Shown here: in pieces, positions 7,493 to 15,584 of the stretch
Layout: each line of letters starts with the position of its first letter
How positions within the stretch are numbered: the first letter of the stretch is position 1
From: a virus
IMG/VR virus record: IMGVR_UViG_3300036861_000916
Span: 1-62,077 of that record
Length of the DNA stretch: 62,077 bases
Direction: 5' to 3' (one strand)
Made by a program: the position numbers and the translations under genes
Notes under the pieces: generated by a model
Seen by the model: the letters and a program-made list of their open reading frames with translations, nothing else
Database searches by the model: none
What the model was told of the DNA's origin: nothing

Positions 7493-8038
7493 TTACTTCT
7501 CCTCGGGCTTGCCCGGTGGCTCCAGGCGCCCGAGCCCGAGCACCTGGGGAGCAAGGCGCTTCACCTCGCGGGCCAGATCTACCGGATCCGAAGTCCAGAC
7601 GGAGCCGTCGCCAAATCGGATCCGGTTGACGTAGCCGATAGCCGTGTAGGTGTGCTCATGGCCATAGTCGAGAGCAGCATCGCTGTCCTTTTCGCCCGGC
7701 TTCAGCACCCGATAGCCGCCATCGGTGCGACCGGGAAGGATGAGGCGCGAACCGATCATGGCTTCGTTGAACGGATCCCACTTCAGAACGCCCAGCTCGA
7801 GGGCTATGATGTCCTTCTGGCCGGTGTTCTGCCAGGTGAATTCCTCGCGGAAGGTCGGCGAGTAGCCCGGGCCGTCGAGGGAGTTCCCGACCGAGAAGGC
7901 GACGATCTTGAGATGAGGGCAGATATCAGCGACCAGCGCGGCGCGCGAGGCATAGTTCAGCTTGCAGTAGTCGGCGGCCACGGCAGCGCTGCTTGCGATC
8001 GAGAGTGCCAGCACGAACAAGGGGAGCACTTTGCTCAT
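7493..8038 (-). CDS. secreted protein of unknown function (moron, antisense inside tail operon)
   Basis: 181 aa, N-terminal signal peptide MSKVLPLFVLALSIASSAAVA; only minus-strand gene in 0.4-18.8 kb. Confidence 0.65.
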   Translation of the reverse strand: MSKVLPLFVLALSIASSAAVAADYCKLNYASRAALVADICPHLKIVAFSVGNSLDGPGYSPTFREEFTWQNTGQKDIIALELGVLKWDPFNEAMIGSRLILPGRTDGGYRVLKPGEKDSDAALDYGHEHTYTAIGYVNRIRFGDGSVWTSDPVDLAREVKRLAPQVLGLGRLEPPGKPEEK

Positions 8039-8061
8039 AGTGCTGTCATGATCGGCTGGCA

Positions 8062-8460
8062 GTGCGGCCCGCTATAGACCATGGAGGGATTGTGTCGGAA
8101 CTGAAGGAGCTGCTCCACCGGCCCATCGACGGCGCCGTGGACTGGTGCGGCGTCGTCGTGAAGTTCAGCGCCAACCGCGCCGCGCACACGCACGAGTACG
8201 AGAAGCGACTGCGCCAGGCGATCACGAAGGCACGCGAGGAGGGTGAGGAGGCGAGCGTCCATGAGTTCTACGCCGTGGCGCTGCCGCCGCTCCTGATCTC
8301 CTGGGACCTGGAGGATGACGGCAAGCCCGTCCCGATCGCCGCGGAGGCGCTGTTCGCGCTGCCGTTTCCCTTCCTGCAGGCGCTCGCCGACAAGATCACG
8401 GAGCTGTCACGCCCTTTCGCAGCGACGCAGAAGCCAGAGCCTTCCGGCAGTTTCTCGTGA
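8062..8460 (+). CDS. tail assembly chaperone (gpG-like)
   Basis: 132-aa acidic ORF immediately upstream of tape measure region; position-based call. Confidence 0.5.
   Translation: MRPAIDHGGIVSELKELLHRPIDGAVDWCGVVVKFSANRAAHTHEYEKRLRQAITKAREEGEEASVHEFYAVALPPLLISWDLEDDGKPVPIAAEALFALPFPFLQALADKITELSRPFAATQKPEPSGSFS
8412..8418 (+). promoter_or_regulatory. candidate -1 slippery heptamer C CCT TTC
   Basis: X XXY YYZ pattern in the 0 frame of 8062..8460; the -1 frame is open from here into ORF 8457..8654. Confidence 0.3.
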
Positions 8461-8654
8461 GTTCGGGGAGCCGCGGGGAGTGCCACGAGGACTATGCGCT
8501 CGTGAAGGCCGCGCGCTATCTGGGCGTCGCGCCCTGGATTTTGGAGCAGCGGAGCACCTACTGGCGGGATCTGGCGCTCGTCATCGAGAGTAGCGAGCAC
8601 TGGGCGGAGGCAGAACTGATGAAACGGGCGCGCACGAAGGGACGGCGGAGATGA
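8457..8654 (+). CDS. gpT-like extension ORF (possibly expressed only as G-T frameshift fusion)
   Basis: 65-aa ORF in the -1 frame relative to 8062..8460, GTGA overlap. Confidence 0.4.
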   Translation: MSSGSRGECHEDYALVKAARYLGVAPWILEQRSTYWRDLALVIESSEHWAEAELMKRARTKGRRR

Positions 8655-8690
8655 GACAGGCCGAAGGTTTCATGCCCCCGGCCTGTTCCG

Positions 8691-8794
8691 GTTCGCTTCG
8701 TCTCGGCTCGGCTCGCTTCGACTCGGCTCGCCTCGCTTCGGCTCGGGTCGCTTCGCTTCGGCTCGGGTCGCTTCGGGTCGGCGAGCGGTTCAGC
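8691..8794. repeat. pentanucleotide array (NNTCG)x18 plus GGCGAGCGGTT end motif
   Basis: 18 consecutive 5-mers ending in TCG (8691..8780) followed by a motif resembling the punctuation of the 34.8-35.4 kb array. Confidence 0.9.
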
Positions 8795-8865
8795 TTTGGA
8801 TGTGCTTTTAACAGCAGCAAGATCCAGGCCAATCCGTAGAGGCTCATGCAGATAGAGGGGACGGA

Positions 8866-11307
8866 ATGGCGACCGTCGCACAACTGAAGGCCATCATCGG
8901 CGCCGACACCGGCGGTTTCGACCGCGGGATCCAACACGCGCAAGCGGGGATGGAGCGGTTCGCCAAGTCCGTCACCGGCATAGGCGCCGGTCTCTCTGCC
9001 GTCCTCACGGTGCCGATCGTGGCGTTCGGCGCAGCCGCCGTCCGGTCGGCGACCGAGATGGACAGCCTGACGCGCGGGCTGCGGGCCGTAGCGGGCTCCG
9101 CCGGAGAGGCAGACAAGCAACTCTCACGCCTCCGCGAGATCGCGAAACTCCCCGGCCTCGGTCGGGTCGAGGCGATCCGGGCTTCGATCAGCCTTCAAGC
9201 GGCCGGTATCTCGGCGAAGAGGGCGGAGCGGTCGCTCCTGGCCTTCGGCAACGCATTGGCCACCGTGGGCAAGGGCAAAGCCGATTTGGACGGCGTCACC
9301 CTCGCACTGACGCAGATCGCCAGCAAGGGGAAAATCTCCGCCGAAGAGATCAACCAGTTAAGCGAGCGCGTTCCCCAGATCCGCAAGGCCATGCAGGCTG
9401 CCTTCGGGACGGCGGACACCGAGGTTCTGCAGAAGGCCAAGCTGTCGGCAACGGAGTTCATCGACGGCATCACGAGGGAACTGCTGAAGCTGCCACGGGT
9501 GACGGGCGGCGCCCAGAACGCCTTCGAGAACCTCTCGGACACCGTGAACGACGCGCTGTCGACCATCGGCAAGAACGTGCTGCCCACGGTGACGTCGCTG
9601 GCCGAGCGGCTGGCAGATACGCTTACCGACCTCACCGGCAAGTTCAGTGCGCTCACGCCGCAGACGCGCCAGGCAATCCTTGTGTTCGCGGCCTTTGCGG
9701 CGGCTATCGGGCCGGTTCTGATCGGCGTGGGCGCGCTGACTGCGGCGGTGGGTGCGCTCGGCGGTCCTATCAGCATCCTCATCGTCGGGGTGGGTGCGCT
9801 GGCTGCCGCCTGGGCGTCGAACTGGGGCAACATCCAGCAGGTCACCTTCGCCGCCTGGTCTACGATCGTGGGTGCCTTCCAGCGGGGCTCTGCCATCGTG
9901 TCCGAGTTGTGGGACGCGCTTACCAAGCTCCTCACGGGAAAGTGGAGCGAGGCGATGGGGCGGATCACCGGCGCCATGGGGAAGCTCGGCTCCTTCGCCA
10001 CGGACACGGGCCGCGAGTTCGTCGGCAACCTCATCGGCGAAATGGCGAAGTGGCAGGTCGCGCAGCAGAGGCAGTTCGACAAGGTGCAGAAGGGCGCCAC
10101 GGACGCCGGCGAGGGGATAGGCCGCGCGCTGGAGATCCCCGCGAAGAAGAAGCTCGATCCCGTAGCGCAAGAGCTGAAGCAGTTCGCCGAGGCGATGGCG
10201 AGCGCGCAGCGTGCCCTGGCCGCCGCCCGGGCCGGCGAGGGCGAGGACGTGCAGGCCCTCGCCGCGCAGTATCGCTTCATCGGCAAAGAGCGGCTGCGGG
10301 ACCTGGCCAACGTCCAGATGCAGACGAAGGGCATCAATGACGCCCGCGAGGCGCAGAAGCGGGCGCTGGAAGCCGTCGACAAGGAGTTGGACCAGTCGCG
10401 GATCCGGTTCTTCGAGGCCAACGCGGCGGGCACCGTGGCGGCGGAGGCGTGGCGCCTCTTCGGGGAGGCTGTGCTCAAGGCACACCCGGGCGTGAAGCGG
10501 TTCAACGAGATCATGAAGCTGCTCTCCGCAGATCAGCGGGAGGCGGCCCAGTCGGTCTTCGATTTGAAGCGCTCCCTGGAGATGGAGACCGAGCTGAATG
10601 CCGCCTCTGACAGGGTGCGGGATCTGCGGAACGAGCTGAAGACGCTGACGACGAGCAGCAGGGAGACGAAGGTCGCCATCGAACTCTTCCCGGCGACGTT
10701 CAAAGCAGGCACGGCAGCGGGGCAGACCTTCCAAGAGGTGGTCCAGGGATTGAACGCCGATCAGCAGGCGCTGATCCAGCGCACGAAAGGCCTGCAGGAT
10801 GCGATTGCTGCCGCGCAGGCGCACAAGGCCGCGCTGGCTGACCTCGCGCAGAGCTTCCAGGGTGTCTTCGAGCAGGCGTTCGCGAACCTGGACAAGGGCT
10901 TCGCGGGTTTCTTCCAGTCAGTGATTCAGGGCGTGGAGCAGCTCATCCAGCAGATCGCCGCCCGATTTCTCGCGGCCCAGATCACGAAGTTGCTTTTCAG
11001 CCTCGTTCCGGGAGGCGGCGACTTCCTCTCCGGACTGATCGAGGGTGGCAACCTGAAGGGCAAGGCGATGGGCGGGCCGGTTGGGGCCGGGCAGCCGTTC
11101 GTAGTCGGCGAGAAAGGACCGGAGCTCTTTGTCCCGCGCCAGGCGGGACGGATCGAGCCGGCGGCGGGCGGGATGCGTCCGATCGTCGTGAACATGACGG
11201 TCGTCACGCCGGACGCGAACTCGTTTCGGAGGAGTGAGAGCCAGGTCAGCCAGAGCGCCGCGATGGCGCTGCGACGGGCGGCGAGCCGTGCGGGGGAGGG
11301 CTTCTGA
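8866..11307 (+). CDS. tape measure protein
   Basis: 813 aa, Ala/Gly-rich hydrophobic central segment, coiled-coil C-terminal half, canonical position. Confidence 0.85.
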   Translation: MATVAQLKAIIGADTGGFDRGIQHAQAGMERFAKSVTGIGAGLSAVLTVPIVAFGAAAVRSATEMDSLTRGLRAVAGSAGEADKQLSRLREIAKLPGLGRVEAIRASISLQAAGISAKRAERSLLAFGNALATVGKGKADLDGVTLALTQIASKGKISAEEINQLSERVPQIRKAMQAAFGTADTEVLQKAKLSATEFIDGITRELLKLPRVTGGAQNAFENLSDTVNDALSTIGKNVLPTVTSLAERLADTLTDLTGKFSALTPQTRQAILVFAAFAAAIGPVLIGVGALTAAVGALGGPISILIVGVGALAAAWASNWGNIQQVTFAAWSTIVGAFQRGSAIVSELWDALTKLLTGKWSEAMGRITGAMGKLGSFATDTGREFVGNLIGEMAKWQVAQQRQFDKVQKGATDAGEGIGRALEIPAKKKLDPVAQELKQFAEAMASAQRALAAARAGEGEDVQALAAQYRFIGKERLRDLANVQMQTKGINDAREAQKRALEAVDKELDQSRIRFFEANAAGTVAAEAWRLFGEAVLKAHPGVKRFNEIMKLLSADQREAAQSVFDLKRSLEMETELNAASDRVRDLRNELKTLTTSSRETKVAIELFPATFKAGTAAGQTFQEVVQGLNADQQALIQRTKGLQDAIAAAQAHKAALADLAQSFQGVFEQAFANLDKGFAGFFQSVIQGVEQLIQQIAARFLAAQITKLLFSLVPGGGDFLSGLIEGGNLKGKAMGGPVGAGQPFVVGEKGPELFVPRQAGRIEPAAGGMRPIVVNMTVVTPDANSFRRSESQVSQSAAMALRRAASRAGEGF

Positions 11308-11371
11308 TGGCGTGGGGCACGAAGAAGGGCGGTCGCAAGGGCGGCAAGCGTAAGCCAAGGGGCTACTGACG

Positions 11372-12229
11372 ATGAGCGCGCCCGTCATCGATGAGTCTGC
11401 GGTCTTCCCAATCGAGATCAGCCGCGGCGCTGTCGGCGGCCATCAGTTCGCCGTCGCGATCATAGAGACCCGCAACGGCGCCGAGCAGCGTGTCTTGATG
11501 AACGAAAACGGCCGCCTCCGCCTGAACGTGACGCAGGGGAGCCGCACGCCGGAGCAGGCGGCGGACCTGACGGCCTTCTGGCTGGCACGCTTCGGCCCGA
11601 CGCGCGGCTTCCGCGTGCGCCACTGGCACGACTACAAGCTGACGGACGAGCCGCAGACGCTCACCGGCGCGCCGACGTTCCAGCTCATCAAGACGTATAC
11701 GTTCGGCGCAGTGAGTTACGTGCGCGACATCTACAAGATCGACGAGACCGAGATCAGCGTAAGCGCCGAGCGGAACAACAGTCCCTTCGCCGGCTTCACC
11801 TTCGACGCGGATACCGGGATCTTCACGCTCACCGCCGACATCACCAAGACGGTCACCAACATCACGCAGGCCGTGACGCCGACCGTAACGACCTCGACCG
11901 CGCACGGTTTCACCGTCGGCGACATCGTCTACTTCTCCGGCGTCGTCGGGATGACGCAGATCAACGGCGAGGTGGCGGAGGTGCTTTCCACACCCACCGG
12001 CTTCACGTTCACGGTCGACCTGGACACGACCGGGTTCGACGCCTATACGTCGGGGGGCACGGTGGCGAAATACGTGCAGCCGAGCGAGGAACTGACGATC
12101 ACCTGCCACTTCCACGTGCCGATGCGGTTCGACACCGAGCAGCAGATGATGATCGAGCGAGACGTTCTTATTCGGGATTGGGAGAATATCCCACTCGTCG
12201 AGCTGCGGCACGGGGTAGCGGTGAGCTAG
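11372..12229 (+). CDS. distal tail protein, DUF2460 / RcGTA g12-like
   Basis: 285 aa; N-terminus FPIEISRGAVGG...RNG.EQR...GFRVRHWHDY matches the remembered DUF2460 pattern; followed by g13/g14/g15-like genes. Confidence 0.7.
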   Translation: MSAPVIDESAVFPIEISRGAVGGHQFAVAIIETRNGAEQRVLMNENGRLRLNVTQGSRTPEQAADLTAFWLARFGPTRGFRVRHWHDYKLTDEPQTLTGAPTFQLIKTYTFGAVSYVRDIYKIDETEISVSAERNNSPFAGFTFDADTGIFTLTADITKTVTNITQAVTPTVTTSTAHGFTVGDIVYFSGVVGMTQINGEVAEVLSTPTGFTFTVDLDTTGFDAYTSGGTVAKYVQPSEELTITCHFHVPMRFDTEQQMMIERDVLIRDWENIPLVELRHGVAVS

Positions 12230-13084
12230 ATGCCACGCGACATCTCCACCGCGCTTCGGGATCACCTTGCGGGGGAGATTCTTTCCCTCGCGCTCTGCGT
12301 GAAGCTGACGCGCCTGGACGGCACGGTGCTCGGGTTCACCTCGTTTGACCGACCGCTGACGGTGGACGGTCTCGACTACGAGCCGGAGAGCGCGGTTCAG
12401 GCGACGGCGTTGCGGGCGAGCGAGGGCAGCGGGGCGGACAACTTCGAGGTGATCGGGCTGCTCACGTCCGACCGCGTCACGTCGCTGGAGTTGCGCGCCG
12501 GGCTCTACGATGGCAGCGAGATCGAGGCGTTCATCGTCAACTGGGCCGACCTCACGATGGGGAGCCTGATCCTCGTCGCCGGCAGTCTGGGCGAGGTGTC
12601 CTTCTCGGAGGGTCAGTTCCGCGCGGAAGTGCGCTCGCTGATGCAGCGGCTCCAGCAGTCGATCGGGGATCTGGTTACGAGGACGTGCCAGGTGCGGCGC
12701 CTGGGCGATACGGAGTGCCAGGTGGATTTGTCTGGGTTCACCTTCCAGCGAACGGTGCTCTCTGCGTCCGGCAAGACGATCACCTTCGCGTCTGACAGCC
12801 ATGCGACGGGCTACTACGACTACGGGCGCATTGAATTCCGCAGCGGGGCGAATGCCGGCTTCGAGCGTGAGGTGAAATCCCACGTGCTCGATGGAGGGAA
12901 CGCCGCCATCGAGCTGCAGGAGGCGTTCCCATTCGCGGTGGCGGCGGGAGATATCGCCGTTCTTGAGGCTGGCTGCGATCGCACGTTCACGAGCTGCGTT
13001 TCAAAATTCAACAACGGTGCCAACTTTCGCGGCATGCCTGATCTGCCAGGACGAGACCAGGTCCTTCGCAGGGGTCGGCGATGA
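12230..13084 (+). CDS. DUF2163 / BR0599-family tail protein (RcGTA g13-like)
   Basis: 284 aa; ...C.VRRLGDTEC.VDL... and C-terminal CDRTFTSCVSKFNNGANFRGMPDLPG. Confidence 0.7.
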   Translation: MPRDISTALRDHLAGEILSLALCVKLTRLDGTVLGFTSFDRPLTVDGLDYEPESAVQATALRASEGSGADNFEVIGLLTSDRVTSLELRAGLYDGSEIEAFIVNWADLTMGSLILVAGSLGEVSFSEGQFRAEVRSLMQRLQQSIGDLVTRTCQVRRLGDTECQVDLSGFTFQRTVLSASGKTITFASDSHATGYYDYGRIEFRSGANAGFEREVKSHVLDGGNAAIELQEAFPFAVAAGDIAVLEAGCDRTFTSCVSKFNNGANFRGMPDLPGRDQVLRRGRR

Positions 13085-13401
13085 AAACATGTACCCACTG
13101 CGGCGCGCTACTCTTTTACGACTACTGCAACGTCTGTTGCCGCACGGTGGCCAGCGGCAAGGGGGAGAGCATGGCTGATCAGCGGTGTCCCATGTGCGGG
13201 ATCCAGATCCAATACAATCAATGCCCCAACTGTGGCCGAACCTGCTACGAGACCGGGGCCTCGGCAACGCCGCCACCAGCGAGCCCTGCGGCGCCCGCGG
13301 CGGAGACGGCAAAGAGCCGCTGCTGTGGCGCTCCGACGTTCAACTGCGATGGGCGGCTGACCTGCGAGAAGTGCCGGGGGAGCTGCAATGAGGTCTGGTG
13401 A
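13081..13401 (+). CDS. cysteine-rich multi-zinc-ribbon protein
   Basis: 106 aa with CTHC, CNVC, CPMC, CPNC and a C-terminal Cys cluster; ATGA overlap with upstream gene. Confidence 0.55.
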   Translation: MKTCTHCGALLFYDYCNVCCRTVASGKGESMADQRCPMCGIQIQYNQCPNCGRTCYETGASATPPPASPAAPAAETAKSRCCGAPTFNCDGRLTCEKCRGSCNEVW

Positions 13402-13404
13402 CCC

Positions 13405-13776
13405 TTGATCGAGATCAGCGTACCCTTCGACATCGCCAGGTGCTCGCCCAACCGTAGACTGCACTGGACCGCACGGGCGCGAGAGGCGAAGTGGGCACGC
13501 GTCCTGGCGCAGTTTGCGTGGCGCAATGCCGGCGAGCCGAAGATGGCCGGCCCCGTAGACGTGACGCTCGTCGTACGACGCAGGAGGCGGATGGATCCCG
13601 ACAACGTTCTGTCGAGCGCGAAGCCGATCCTGGATGGTCTGTTCAACGATGCGATCACGCCGGACGACAGCGCGAACTGGGTGCGCTATGTCGGCGTCAG
13701 CCAGGAGACAGGCAAGGAGTGGATCGGCGCCGAGGAGGTCGTTGTGCGCGTAACGGCGCGGGAGGCGAGCCAGTGA
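13405..13776 (+). CDS. rusA: RusA-family Holliday junction resolvase
   Basis: 123 aa; ...PNRRLHW..RA...DPDNVLSSAKPILDGL...ITPDD... matches the RusA acidic motif pattern. Confidence 0.65.
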   Translation: MIEISVPFDIARCSPNRRLHWTARAREAKWARVLAQFAWRNAGEPKMAGPVDVTLVVRRRRRMDPDNVLSSAKPILDGLFNDAITPDDSANWVRYVGVSQETGKEWIGAEEVVVRVTAREASQ

Positions 13777-14228
13777 TCTGCCCGCATTGCCATCAGGAAT
13801 TCACGGCGGTCACGGGGGCCGACATCGCCCGCGTGGCGCGCAGCTACCTGGGCACGCCCTATGTTCATCTCGGGCGAAGCAAGCGTAACGGAATCGACTG
13901 CCTGGGGCTGATCCTCTGCACGGCTCACGATCTGGGGCTCACGGATTGGGATGACACTGCGTATACCGATCAGCCAGACGTGGAGCACCTCCGCGAGTGC
14001 CTGGAGCGCTTCTGCCGTCCCGTCGAGGGCGAGATGGCGGCGGGGGACGTGCTGCTGTTCTCCATCGCAGACAGTCCGCAGCACCTGGGATTCTGCGTGG
14101 AGCCGGGGCGCATGATCCACGCCTACCAGACGCCGATGCGCGTTGTCGATCACGCGATCGACGGGAAGTGGCGGCGCCGGCTCGTTGGGACCTACCGGTG
14201 GAGGGGGCTGGCGGAGGTGAAGCCATAG
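13773..14228 (+). CDS. NlpC/P60-family cell-wall peptidase (RcGTA g14-like)
   Basis: GTG 13773 (GTGA overlap) in frame of track ORF 13491..14228; ...YLGTPYVHLGRSKRNGIDCLGL...QHLGF... Cys-His motif. Confidence 0.7.
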   Translation: MICPHCHQEFTAVTGADIARVARSYLGTPYVHLGRSKRNGIDCLGLILCTAHDLGLTDWDDTAYTDQPDVEHLRECLERFCRPVEGEMAAGDVLLFSIADSPQHLGFCVEPGRMIHAYQTPMRVVDHAIDGKWRRRLVGTYRWRGLAEVKP

Positions 14229-14968
14229 CGACGCTGTTGCTGGGTGCAGCGGGGGCAGCGGTGGGCTCTGCAGTCGGCGGCGCCTCGGGGGCCAAGTTCG
14301 GCTTCTCGGTCGGCGCCACGCTCGCGGGCGTGCTCTTCGCTCCGAAGCTCAAGCCACAGGAGCGCGGCAAGTTAGACGATCTGCGCCTCACCGCGTCCCA
14401 GTATGGCGCCATCATCCCGCAGGTCTATGGGTGCGGGCGCGTCGGCGGCTCGATCATCTGGGCGACCGACCTTACCGAGCGCGTGACGAAGAAGAAGGTA
14501 GGCGGCAAGGGCACGAAGCGCCAGACGGTCAAGAATTACGAATACTTCGCCAACTTCGCGACGCTCATCTGCGAGGGGCCGGTGGGCAAGGTGCGACGTA
14601 TCTGGGCGGAGGACCGGCTGCTGATGGACGTGGATGGGCTTTCCGGTCCCGTGATCCCGCAGCCGGACTACCTGACGATCTACCTGGGCACGGAGACGCA
14701 GAACCCGGATCCGCTCATCGAGAGCTTCAAGGGCGCCGGCAACGTGCCCGCCTACCGCGGCTGGTGCTACGTCGTGTTCGAGCAGCTCCCGCTCGCGGCC
14801 TACGGGAACCGGCTGCCGTCGATGGAGTTCGAGGTGTGCCCGCTCGAGGCGCCGTCCGCAGAATGGTTCCTGCGTTACGACTTCGAGGACAGCCCCGGCT
14901 TCCTCAAGAATACAGGCACGGGTGGCGCGGCATACGATCTGACCGAGGGGGAAATATGCTCGGGCTAG
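14198..14968 (+). CDS. host-specificity protein, N-terminal module only (RcGTA g15 N-terminus-like); start uncertain
   Basis: IATLLLGAAGAAVGSAVGG...LTASQYGAIIPQVYGCGRVGGSIIWATD resembles the g15/gpJ-like N-terminus; ORF ends in what looks like the start of a LamG domain. Confidence 0.55.
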   Translation: MEGAGGGEAIATLLLGAAGAAVGSAVGGASGAKFGFSVGATLAGVLFAPKLKPQERGKLDDLRLTASQYGAIIPQVYGCGRVGGSIIWATDLTERVTKKKVGGKGTKRQTVKNYEYFANFATLICEGPVGKVRRIWAEDRLLMDVDGLSGPVIPQPDYLTIYLGTETQNPDPLIESFKGAGNVPAYRGWCYVVFEQLPLAAYGNRLPSMEFEVCPLEAPSAEWFLRYDFEDSPGFLKNTGTGGAAYDLTEGEICSG

Positions 14969-14981
14969 ACGGAGGGGTAAC

Positions 14982-15572
14982 GTGGCGCTGACCCAGGTCG
15001 CCATGAACTTCGGTGAGGGGCTCTTCCCGACCGACACGGGCCTGGGCGACTGCATCTCCTTCGCCCAGGCCGTGATCGACAACGACCCGGAGTTTCTCGG
15101 CCCTGAGTTCACGGTCGCATTCCGGGCGCGTCTGACCGACGATGGGCTGGATGGTACGCCCGTCGCCGTCCAGATCGACAGCGCCAGCCTGAACTTCCGC
15201 CGCTGGTCGCTCTCCGTCGAGCCGCTGATCGGCTCCATGATGACGATCCGCGGGCAGGTGTTCACAACGGCGTGCGGCCTCATTACCGTCTTCGAGGTCG
15301 ACGTGACCAAAGACGAGCTCGAGCACTCGTATGCCTGGAGTTATGACGGCAACGGCGTCTGGGCAGTCTACTTCGACGGCGGCGAGGTCGACAGCGGCAG
15401 CTCCCCCTGCTCCGATCTGTCAGGTCCGGCCAGCGCGGGCGACCTCTTCACCATCTGGGGCTCCACGGTGTCAGGCGTCCCGGCCTTCGAGGTGGACGAG
15501 GTCCGGTTCGCGTCGGCTGCCCTTGACGCCGCCGCCATCACGGCCTGGCACAGCAACCCGGCCGCGAATTAG
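14982..15572 (+). CDS. LamG / concanavalin-like lectin domain protein
   Basis: 196 aa; FTVAFRARL...YAWSYDGNGVWAVYFDGGEV...VDEVRF pattern of Laminin_G_3-type jelly rolls. Confidence 0.5.
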   Translation: MALTQVAMNFGEGLFPTDTGLGDCISFAQAVIDNDPEFLGPEFTVAFRARLTDDGLDGTPVAVQIDSASLNFRRWSLSVEPLIGSMMTIRGQVFTTACGLITVFEVDVTKDELEHSYAWSYDGNGVWAVYFDGGEVDSGSSPCSDLSGPASAGDLFTIWGSTVSGVPAFEVDEVRFASAALDAAAITAWHSNPAAN

Positions 15573-15584
15573 GAGACGCGCGCG

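Noticed and set aside
8558-9120. Minus-strand ORFs 8558..8881 and 8581..9120 and plus ORF 8651..8839 over the orphan array
   Set aside because: They are low-complexity read-through of the pentamer array, antisense to or overlapping the tape measure start.
11307-11369. 20-codon basic mini-ORF (MAWGTKKGGRKGGKRKPRGY) between the tape measure and the distal tail gene
   Set aside because: It is too short and low-complexity to support without conservation or expression data.
14966-14981. Stop-codon reassignment (TAG read-through helped by a suppressor tRNA) to join 14198..14968 with 14982..15572
   Set aside because: A second in-frame stop (TAA) follows 9 nt later and the downstream ORF is in the +1 frame. 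None of the tRNA-like modules has a CUA/UCA/UUA anticodon, and TAG, TGA and TAA all terminate well-supported genes elsewhere.
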